A stretch of DNA of 64,000 nt, taken from positions 22,315 through 86,314 of IMG/VR virus record IMGVR_UViG_3300012983_000040, one strand, 5' to 3'. This DNA comes from a virus. Taxonomy: Duplodnaviria; Caudoviricetes. Below the pieces are notes generated by a model. It was not told the DNA's origin and made no database searches. It saw nothing but the letters and a program-made list of their open reading frames with translations. Below, one piece after another: positions 28,762 to 39,509 of this stretch. The translations under genes and the position numbers were made by a program. Numbering within the stretch: the first letter of the stretch is position 1; every line of letters starts with the position of its first letter.

Positions 28762-31700
28762 TTATTTTAATTTTACTGTGTCTTGTTTACTTAACTATCT
28801 AATTAATGGAGCCATTGCACGTATGTTACGCTACATTTCTTTATTGGCTTCTTTTAAACTCTCATAAGTATGTTTTATATCATTTTGGATAGATTTATTG
28901 ACCATTCGAGCATTTTCTACTCTTACCCAATTGACACTTGCTCCACCTTTCTTAGCCATATGTATTTTTCCTCCCGATTTTTTATATTGTTCTAATCGTT
29001 CTTTTTCTTTCTAAGGATCTGGTCCTCCACTCCAATCTTTTTTATAGTATGGATAAATTATGTCGTGCCAAAATCTTCTGGTATCCCAGGAAGCATTAAA
29101 CAACTATTCAAGGTTTAAATAGTAATTATTTCTCTATACTTCTTCGTATTCATTTAACCAATTTCTATAATGTGGATCAGTATATTTAGATTCTTCAAAT
29201 GGAGTAGTAGCATCAGGATAATCCTTTTTAAAATCTTCTAGAGCCTTCTGATCTCCCTTTAAATTATTTAAAATTTGATTATAAATAGCCTACCTTTTTG
29301 TTATAACTGCAGAGTTGTAGTCGTCCTAATATCTAGCAGCTTTTGCTTGTAGGTTATGGTTATTTTTAATCTTTTGATCCTATGCCATTTCAGCAGTTAA
29401 AGTATCAATGAAATTTTTCCAATTATTAGCATTTGTAATTATTTGTTGAGCTTTATACTGTCTATTTAAGTTGTCAATACTTGTTTGATTTTTAATATTT
29501 TCATTATAAGTATTATAAGCATTTGTGGTATCTCTCCATCTAGCCTCCTAGTCTTCTTTAACAGACTCTTTAAATGTAGCTCTATTTAAATCATATCCCT
29601 ATGCTCTGGCTTTATGATGTGCACTTAGAACGTTTTGCATAAATGCTTCATCTTCTCTTATATCAGAAGAAATATGTCTTCCCATATAAGGAGCATATTC
29701 TCTATCTGCTTCTTCTACTTTAGATAAATCTCTAAAGATACGAGATACTCCATGTGGAGATATTTGCTTATAACTTTCTGCTTTAAGTGCTTCTAACGCT
29801 TTAATGTTTGCCCAATTAGTGCCAAATATTGATGCTAATCTAAGCCAATTTATAGGTGCTCCTTCTACTTTATCTAAACCTGGCTATGGATTTAATAATT
29901 TTCCTTCTTTATCATATAAATCAGCAAAAAGTCTTTTATGTTCGGCTTCCCAATCAGATTCAGTTTTGTGCTAAGTTGCAGCAGTCTATGTATTTTCAGT
30001 AGTACCATTAAATTCAGAAAGTAATGCACTTCCCTCTTTAGGTGTTTGTCCTTCTGCTAAAGGATAAATTGTACCAGTGTTAGTATCATAATATACCTGA
30101 CCGCCAGACCACTTAGATTTTGCTATCTCTAACAATTTAGAAATATCTTCTGGGTTTAGATAATTTACATTACCAAGGCCCATTAAATCTGCAGTTCCTG
30201 CAGCCATACCTTTAGTTCTATATATATTACCATCTTCTGGTAATTCTCCAGTTATTTGTTGTCCGTTTCTAGAATATCTCCCGTTGTTATATAATTCACC
30301 TAAAACTTGAGTCTAATATCCTGGTAATATATTCCAATAGTCTGTCTAATAATTACTTACAGCATCTGACTATAATGAATGGTCTTCTTTTGCATAATTA
30401 TTATCGTATTCAGTTCTTAATGGAACATATCTGTTTCCTAAATCATATAATGAGCCTTTTTCATAACCTAATAGTCCATTATTTCCCCCAGCAATTAAAT
30501 CAAATATATAATTCCAGGCTTTAGGACCTACTTCGCTACCCCAGTTTTGACTACCGCTTGTCCACTGAATACCTCGTATTTTATTTCCTTCTTGTAGTTT
30601 AAGTACTTTAGATATAAATTCTAAATTTCCTCCTTCGTAATGTTTTGGAACTAGTTTTCGTAAACTATTCCAATGTTTATTATGTAGAACTTGGTAGTCA
30701 TTATCATCAATAACACCTTCTGATTTTAGTTTATTTAAAACAAGGTTTAAACGTTCATTAATTGATTTTCCCTATATATTTTTAGCTTCTTCTCTTATTT
30801 TATTCTCAAGTTCCTCTAGATTCTTAGATATATCTATTTTATTATTTATTTGATTTTGGGCTTGAACAGAAATGTTTTCTGTATTATGCTATCCATGTTC
30901 AGCTTTAATTATTTCAGCAAGTTTAGTTGCTTCTCCATTTTCCTATAATCGATTTGCCTATTCCTAAGTTAATTTATTTTGGGAAATTAACTACTTTAAT
31001 GCTTTTGTAATTTCAGACCCTGAAAGTGTTTTAGTTTTAGAAGATAAGGCTTTTTGTATTGTATCTGTCTATAGTAACATTTTTATCATTTGCTCTTGAC
31101 TTATCTATATTGGTGTTATATTTTCAGAATTAAATGATGAAAATACTTTATTTACCAACTAGCGTCTACTATCTTCAGTAACAGGCTTTTTTGTATTTAA
31201 TAACTAATGTAACAGTGATGCTGTTCCTCCTTCTGCTGGCTATGTCTATTTTTCTCTTAAAAACATTTCATAGGCTTCCTGTAAAAATTCCGGAGTAACA
31301 TCAGTTTCATTTACATAATCTAATTTATGTGTATTTAGCTAAGAATCAGTGTGTTCATTTGGATTTACAGGTGTTGTGCCTTTAGCATTTGCTAGTTGAA
31401 CCTCTCTGTCAAATGCCATTTGGGCTAACTATAGATTATCATACTTAGATAAATCAGTTTCATAATAACTAGCTAAGCGCCTAGCATAATCTATTACAGC
31501 AGGATCATTTTCCAAAAATCCATACTCATTCATAGCTTTAGCTAACTACTGATTTATAGTCTCTTCAGGTACACCTTCTTGTTTAATAATTTCATAGAAA
31601 CGCTTACCTTGTTCTCTAAGTGCATCAAGTGGCTTATAATAGTTATCAATTAGTCTACGTAGTTTACTTAATCTATAATTCTTTACTGTACTATAATCGG

Positions 31701-34581
31701 AGAAGAATACATCAAAATTATCAAATCCTAAAGTTTTTCGTATAAATTTTCCTATAGCTGTATTTTGTCTAATAGGTTTTCCGTTTTCTATTGCAGTTTT
31801 CTCAAATATACGAGTATATAGTGGAGACATTTCACTAGCTTCACCTAATTCTAGTCTAATAGCTGCCTATGGATCTGATTTCGTTTCTTGAGTTGTTTCT
31901 TTATTCTTTTTATACTTATTTAGGAATTTTTTTATATAAGTCTTTCCTGTATCTCCTAATCCTTGATACCATTTCTTATCTGCTTCAGCTATACTGATGT
32001 CTTCTGCTTTTAATTTAGTTTCATCGGTTCTTCCTTCATTTAGTTTAGTTAAAATCTAGTCTTTTAAACTCCTAATTGATAGATTTGTATCTTCTGTTAC
32101 TAATATAGGTTCTCCTTGAACTACATTTTCTCCATCTTTATAAGAATAGTCTACATATGCTTTTCCATTGTCTACTTTACTTTGTTCAATTGCTTTTTGT
32201 GCTTTTCTTGCCTTAAAGCCTTCCTTAACTCCTCCAGCCATTCTAACCATAAAGGCAATATTAGTAGCATCTTGAGAATTAAGTTTTGTCAGTTCTAAAT
32301 TACTAATTTTTGTAATAGTATTTTCTAATGATTTTCTGGTTTCTTCATTAGCAATCATACCTGCAGCAACAGCCCAACCGAACCATTTAGAAAATGCATG
32401 TGCAGCTCTTTGTGCTTTTTGTCCCATTCCTAAGGCTTTTGCTCTTTGTGGATTTATGAACATTGGAACTGCCATAGTTCCGATCATTAAAGCATCATTT
32501 AATATAATATCGCCAGCTGATTGTCTGCCTTGTATACCATCAATTATATCAGAAAGTATATAACCTCCAACAGAAATACCTGTACCTACAGCCCCAGCAA
32601 TTTGTGTTACCGGAACGAACATTAACATAGAACTTAATAAATCAGTGCCTGCAGCTACTACACGTATACCATCAGCCACTGTGAAGTCTTTATCAGAAGC
32701 CAATTTCTATTTTTTAGATAAGTCTCGATAATGTGTTGTATTATCATCTTTTGGCTTTACTTGTTCTGGGTATCCAACTGTATAGTCATAAGCAGTTCCG
32801 TATTGTTTTTGGAAATTTACCATATCAGAGATACCTCCGTACTATAGTCTAGTAATGCGTCCTCCAAGTTTTCGCTTGGGTCTAATTATTTCAATACTTG
32901 ATATTGCATATGGATTAAGACATCTTGTTTGTCTTCCTGTCTTACTTTTACGAATAATCCAAGTTCCATTCTTATTGAAATTAAATTTTATTCCGTAATT
33001 ACCTTGTTTCCAAATAAAAGACTTTACAGCCTTATTTGTTCCTCTATAACCATTTAACTCAAAGATTGACCCATTATTTGGAAGTTGTAAAGTAAGACTT
33101 CCATTTGGAGCTTTTTGATCGAAATAATATGATAACTGCATTAGCATATTTGCCCAAATTAATGGAGGATATGTGCTTGGATTAATTGATACAACAGTAT
33201 CTAATAAATATTGTCGTACTGCCAACGCACTACTATTTAAAAGATTTATGTCAAACTTAAATGGTTTACCTAAATCATTAGTGTCATGTAACGCTCTACT
33301 TGCTTTGTCCCAATTATTTGGGTTATATCGTCCTAAATTATATGAATTTCCTGATTTATCTTTAGCTATATAAGTACCATCATTATTCATCACTAAAGTA
33401 ACTTCTACAGGATAAGCATGTTTCTGAGTTCTTATGAAAAATTTCTTACCAGCATGTCCTATAGCACTATTTGTTACGGAGTAAATTCCCATGAAGTCTG
33501 GAGATTCTCTGCCTTCAAATAATCCAGTTAGATTTTCTAAATATCCCTTTTGTCCTCTCCAAAAAGTCCAATTATCTTGTATTTGTTGTCTTCCATATAC
33601 TCCTAAAATAGTTTCTACGGTTTTCTTTATTCCTTCATTATCTATATTTTGCCATGAATCATTTATTGTATATTTTTTACCTCCTAATACTATTTCTATA
33701 TCCTACGTGGATAATGGATCTACGTAACTATATCCATCAGGAAGCCCTTCTGCGTTAGTGCCATTATTTGCTGTTGAATTATTTTTTGCGTCTTGTTTAG
33801 CTTTTTCGTCTAATTCTCTTTTTAGAGGTGAACTTAAATCGAATAAATTTCTTACGTCTTGTGGAGTTAAATTAGACATGGCGGCATTTTGATACCAAGA
33901 TTCAGCCTTAATATCATCTAAGTTTTCTATTTCTGCTGCGTGTGCTCTTAGATAATTTGCAGTTTTCTTATAAGCATCAATGTTATCCTACCATCCTGTG
34001 TATCTATATATATTTCTATATTTGGAGTCATTTTCTAGTTTGTCTGCCTCCATTCTTAATGCTTCCGCATATTTTTTTCGTCTGTTAGTTATACCTCTAA
34101 CTCCAGTTTTTGGATCAGGTGTGTCTAATGCATTCCATGCATCTAATAGTGCAGAATCAGTTAAATCTTCATTGTCAAAAACATTAGTTGCAATTATTTT
34201 TTTAAGATTAGGCTTATATAGATCTTTATTACTTTCATCATAAAGTACTATTCTATTTCCGTTAAGACCTCTAATAAAATAATCATTAACTAATGTATAT
34301 GTTGGCTAATCTAAATTATCTGGATTAGATAATCCATTCATTGTAAAGTCAATCTTGCCATTTTTGATGTCATTAGTATAAGCATCAACAGCAGAATAAA
34401 ATGCTGCTCGCTATGCATCATTCATATTACGATAATCTGCATATCTTTTTTTATATTCTTGGTTACTTAAGTAATCAATAGCATCAGTATTTTTATATGT
34501 GACACCTGCAGTAGTTCGTAATCCTTCTTTAAATGGCTAATATATAGTTGTGCCCTCTAAGGCTTTTATTACTTGTGCCAT
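28762..34581 (-). CDS. Large putative internal virion/ejected protein, about 1939 aa, with a hydrophobic Gly/Ala-rich segment, TAG=Gln
   Basis: ATG at 34581 (MAQVIKALEG...), TAA at 28762. Joins fragments 32842-33492, 32056-32703, 31546-31830 and 29986-30207 in one frame. Hydrophobic stretch VVAAGTDLLSSMLMFVPVTQIAGAVGTGISVGGYIL. Confidence 0.75.
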
Positions 34582-34589
34582 ATTATAAC

Positions 34590-34624
34590 AAAAAAGGAGC
34601 ATATAAATTAATATACACTCCTTT
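34590..34624 (-). terminator. Rho-independent terminator-like hairpin after the 90-aa gene
   Basis: Minus strand AAAGGAGTGTATA-TTAATT-TATATGCTCCTTT followed by TTTG; about 13-bp stem with two G-U wobbles. Confidence 0.7.
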
Positions 34625-34641
34625 CTAAAGTTTTAAGTTAA

Positions 34642-34914
34642 TTATCTTCTTCTTACTAACTTTGCACCATAACGAGCAAATGTGGGTTCCTCAGCTGGAG
34701 CTTCTTCGGGTGCAGGACCTTCTGGGCCAGGAGCAGGACCACCTGCTGCACCTTGTGCAAGTTGTAGTAATGCTTGACAAACAGCCATAGCTGCTTCACA
34801 GTTTTGAGTTTGAACTGCTTCCATGGCAACTTGAAGTAATTGTGCCATAGGGTCTTGTGGGGCACCTACGGGGCCGCCTTCCTAAAATTTTCTAAATTTA
34901 CTTGTAATTCTCAT
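34642..34914 (-). CDS. Small Pro/Ala/Glu-rich virion-associated protein, 90 aa, TAG=Gln
   Basis: MRITSKFRKF[TAG]EGGPVGAPQDPMAQLLQVAME...ARYGAKLVRRR*. Locally higher GC, own promoter upstream and terminator downstream. Confidence 0.85.
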
Positions 34915-34951
34915 AATTAATAATTTTAATGTTTAACTGTTAAACTTTTTG

Positions 34952-34983
34952 CAAATATAGCAATTTATTCTGATTTGTGCAAA
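34952..34983 (-). promoter_or_regulatory. Bacteroidetes primary-sigma promoter (-33 TTTG, 20 nt, -7 TAnnTTTG)
   Basis: Minus strand TTTG-cacaaatcagaataaattgc-TATATTTG, in the intergenic gap upstream of the 34914 start. Confidence 0.75.
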
Positions 34984-35018
34984 TTAATATGTGTTAAAAA
35001 TAATTAATTTTACTATAT

Positions 35019-35711
35019 TTATTTGCCTACTTTCTTTAATAGCTTTCCACCATTATAGTAAATTGAAAATACTCTATTCGAGAATATAGGATTAAAGGTT
35101 TTAACTTCTAAAGGCTAATACTCTACTTGAGGTACATTATTTGTCCAATATTCAGTATATTGATCTAACATAGTTTTATCTGGTTTCCACTATGTTGTAA
35201 CTGGATAATTATTTAATAATTGATCTAAATCTAACTAAGGAGGTAATGCTACTCGTGTATTATCTACTGGCGCAGTCTCCTGTTGATATACTGAATATTT
35301 AGGTTTATTTTTATTTTTATTTATTCTTTGATTATACCCTTTAGTAAATAAATCTTTTTCGTATTGTCTTCTTTTTGAAATTCCTTTTACTAAATGTGGT
35401 TTAGAGTCTTGATCTCCGTACATATGATTTAATACATCTTCAACAGTTCCAGTTCCATTATATAATTTTACTAGATAAGGAATTGTTCTATTTTTAAAGA
35501 TAGTACTACCTATATTATACGAAAGTGAAAATAAACCATCTAATTCATCGTCTGACATTTGATCTAAAATTCCAGCCTATTTTAAATATTTATTAAAATA
35601 ATAAGCTTCATTTTCAAATGAATTATTTGTTTTCATTGATGAACCTTCCCATTGAATTATTTGCTTTTTAATTCTTTCTGAAGGTATATAGGTATTATTT
35701 TTCTTTGGCAT
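35019..35711 (-). CDS. GH24/phage-lysozyme-like muramidase with a C-terminal extension, 230 aa, TAG=Gln
   Basis: ATG at 35711, TAA at 35019. IKKQIIQWEG (catalytic-Glu-like), ELDGLFSLSYNIG and GISKRRQYEKDLF match GH24 signatures. Confidence 0.75.
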
Positions 35712-36267
35712 CTTTTAATTCAACATAATCAGGTTCACGTTCATCCTACTATTTTATATAAGAAAACATTTTATTACCAAGTCGTTTATAGTCAGTGTCC
35801 GATTTAGTTTCATTTGCTTTCTTAGCCATACGAATTAATGTACGCGTATTTTTACGACTGAAAATTCGTTCTCCTCCTTCTAGTTCCATTTGTACTTCAC
35901 CATTTGGACCAATAACCTTCATAGTAGGAACATCTTCATCTGTATCAATTTCATCTCCAGGTTTTACACCAGAATTCTAGTTTAGTTCTAATACATAATT
36001 TACATTGTCTTCTTCAGCAATGGTTTCACTGAATGGTTTTCCCTTATAAATTGAGATTACAGTATAATCTTCATCTATAAAGATTATATCAAGTGGTATT
36101 TCTGTATCTTGCATCCAAAACTAGACGGTTTGCGGGGAGTCAAAGACAAATAACATGCCTTCATCCTTAGGCAATTCTTTGACTCCCTATAAACCCTTTC
36201 TGCGTTTTTCATCTGTGTCAGCTATTTTGACTTTATATTCTTTATTATTTATTTTAATTGTTTTCAT
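35695..36267 (-). CDS. DUF192-family protein with a C-terminal extension, 190 aa, TAG=Gln (absent from the ORF track)
   Basis: MKTIKINNKEYKVKIADTDEKRRKGL[TAG]GVKELPKDEGMLFVFDSPQTV[TAG]FWMQDTEIPLDIIFIDE; this is the DUF192 pattern GL...GMLFVF...FWM..T.IPLDIIF. Confidence 0.8.
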
Positions 36268-37670
36268 TACATATCATCTGGAGCATTATTCATTAAAGAA
36301 GAATCGACCTATTGTGGTTCTACTTGAGGCTATGATATATATTTTTCAATCTGAGGAAGTCCTGGAATATAATCTGTTGTATCTTCAGAAGTAAATCTAA
36401 CTCCTGTCTATTGTTCTGGGGTAATTCCAGACATCTATAGATCTGGGTATTTACGCATAAGTAATTTAATTGCATTAGCTGCTGCTTTCTTCTAAGCATC
36501 AGTTAAAAGAGTTGGATCTTGTTCTTTCTTATTACTAGAGTCTCCCCAGAATCCCCACTCTTTACCTTGTCGATATACCTATATAAGACCAAACGGAATA
36601 TCCATTGCCCACATTCCTGACTTCGCATAATTTTTTATTCCTTTATGGTTATTTGCCCATGCCTTTAACTTGTCTGGTACCCATTTCCAATTTATTATTG
36701 GTGTTTTTTTAACTATTTTATTATAGACCTTTGGTACTACCGCCCTTCCTCCGAAATAAGTAATAGATTGCCCTCCTGGAGATGTAATAAAATTCCAAAC
36801 AGGACTACCTTCATTGGTAGCATCATTTTTATTAGGATCTGAAGTTATAAAACGCTGTTTATAAAATGTACCATCACTTAATGGAATTTCTGGAGTATCA
36901 ATCTTATAACCTAGTCTCGATAAATATGCCCATAATCCTTTTTCCTCACTATCTGTAGGAATATGATTTTGGTTCTCATACATATGATTTATATTTGCTT
37001 CATTCTATCTTTCTGTATTTTCATCAAGAACTGTTTGTCTTGCGTATGCTGCCGCATCTGCTGTTCCTAAACCTAAAGCTGCCGCTAGTCTTGGGTATTT
37101 TGCTAATGCACTTACATAGGGTCCTGCTAATGATGTAGCAGCTAATGTTCCATTTATTGCTGCCTATTCATAATCTCCTTGAGCAATATCATTAACTGTC
37201 TATGCCGCATTATAACCACCTATACCAATATTTAAAGCTGTCAATACAGGTTTAATTACAGGCATTGCTGGAGCTAAGACTTCTGGAAGGAATGGAGCCG
37301 CTCCTGTAACCATTAGAGCTAATCCTAAATCCTATGGGTCTCTATTTTGTAAATCTCTATGGTTTTGAGCCTATTGAACTTCAAAGTTTGTTCTATTTTC
37401 ATCTATCTCTTCAGAGGGCATTGCTCTATTAGCTTCATATTCTGAAGTTGGAATTAATCTACCAGTTTTTAAATCAACTAAGAATACTTTATTTGGATCA
37501 GCTGCGTGCTACTTTTTGGCCTAAGAATATCCCTAAGCAGATGGATTTAAATCTTCAAAATGAAAATAATCCCAACCCATCTTTTTTAAGGTTGGATCGG
37601 TTGGAGTTTTAGCTGCCCTAGGTAATTTTTCTGTGAGTCCTCCAAACTAATATTTTTTTATTAACTTCAT
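36267..37670 (-). CDS. Putative internal virion protein with predicted membrane-interacting helices, 467 aa, TAG=Gln
   Basis: MKLIKKY[TAG]FGG...; TAA at 36267; includes fragment 36579-36983. Hydrophobic stretch LGLALMVTGAAPFLPEVLAPAMPVIKPVLTALNIGIGG. Confidence 0.75.
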
Positions 37671-39508
37671 ATCATTTTTCCTGTATTATCCTCAGTGTTA
37701 TACAATATCTCTTTAACTAATAACTTACCTGCTTCTATAGCAGCCTCGTCTGTATGTTTTTTACTTAATTCTTCTAATTTTTTAGTAACTTCAAGTCTGA
37801 AGATTATTTCTTCACGTTCAACTTCTGCCTATTGGATAACTTCACCGTCTTCAGATTCAACTATTACTGGAATACCCTTAGTAGTTACATCCTCAAACTT
37901 TTCATCTACTTCTTCAAGATGATGTTTATTCTTATGTAAAGCTCCATCAGGAATAACATTTACCTTTCCTCCTTCTTTATATGCGGGATAGTAATACCCA
38001 TTTCCGTTTTCATCTACAAAATTTACAGGAGCTCCTGTTTCTGATATATTATCTTCGTCTTCTCCTATATATTTTAGCATTTTACCCTCAATAGGAACCC
38101 ACTAATTAATAGTATACTACGAAATTTTTGATTCTGCAGGACCTAATGGTAGATTATCTACAAATTTCCATGCAATCTGATTATAAAGATTTTCAGGAAG
38201 TATTGAGTATTGCATATCTTCATCTTTCAACATTGGATTATACCAAACCTTCCAACCTTTAGGAAATTTATATTTTACATAAGATAGTAACTAATCTTTA
38301 TGTTCTTGTGGAGAATCTCCCCACACGTCAGTATAAAAGTAATTTTCTTTATCATTATAATGAATAAATGGAGGCAATTTTGTTGGAATTTCATCTGAAG
38401 AATCTACTTGATCTTTAGTTATATTTCCTCCATTTTGCTATTTCTTTATTTTATGTTTACTTAAAGTTCGTTTAGTAAATTGAAGAACTGCTCCTTGTTT
38501 AGCTGCTGCTGGACCGAAATTAGTTACTCTATCTGGACCTCCAGTTAAATCCATATTAATTCTTTGTGCTATCATTCCGATATCTGTAGTAAAGTCACGT
38601 TTAGCATCTGTTAATATAGAATCTGCAACTACTGTTTTTCTATTTGCGTCTTCAATAGAATTTTTAATTTTATTACCTCCTACTATAAATCTTCCCTGAT
38701 TTTTTCTAGCCTAATCACCTATGTTCCCATAACTATGTGAAGCATTAACCATAGCATTTTCATGATAAGTGCCAGCTTTTTTGCCCAATAGTCCTAAACC
38801 TGGTACTAATGATAGAGCTGAATTGGCGAGATCTATTCCTGTGTTTCCAGTATCAGATCCTTGATTGTTTATTCCAAGTTTCTATCCCATTAGTAAAGCT
38901 CCTCCATATAATGTAACAAATGGATTACCAGATTTCATTGCTGCCTATCCAACAGTACTTGCAACTTCTTGAGCCATTTGATTATTCTTATTATTGGCCT
39001 ATTCTTTCTAAGGCATAAAGTTACTTGCAAATCCTAGTAATCTACCGGTATTTCCTAAACCATTACCTATAGCTTGTCCAAAGTCAAAATGTTTATTTCC
39101 ATCTTCATCTTCACTAAATAGACCTTTTTCTGGATTAAAGTCTTTCCAAATTCCTGTATTAATAGCAAAATTTCCAATTCCACGACCTAAACTAGAAACT
39201 CCATTTAATAAAGATTTGCCAAGATTAAATTTATTTTTTTCTTTAGAGTTTGAATCACTTAAAGGATTTGAATTTTGTTTATTCTGTGGATTTAGTTTAT
39301 CTAATGACTTATCATCTAAAAAACTGTACTAAGATTTTAAATCAGCACTAACCTACTAATTAAATCTATCATTCATCTTAGTATAAGCATCAGAGTATCC
39401 TCCCCCAAAAGATAATCCATATGGATTATTGGATGTTCTATCTCCAGGTTTAGGCTATGTACGTTGTAAGAATGGAGAATCCACATTAAATGAATAATTT
39501 GTTGCCAT
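37667..39508 (-). CDS. Putative internal virion (cargo) protein, 613 aa, TAG=Gln
   Basis: ATG at 39508, TGA at 37667 overlapping the next ATG (ATGA). Gly-rich hydrophobic segment and C-terminal YKEGGKVNVIPDGALH...GIPVI...AEVEREEIIF domain, of a kind recalled from crAss-like cargo proteins. Confidence 0.72.
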
Positions 39509-39509
39509 A

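Noticed and set aside
34656-34865. Overlapping minus-strand 69-aa ORF (MPHKTLW...)
   Set aside because: Alternative frame of the 90-aa gene, with no independent support.
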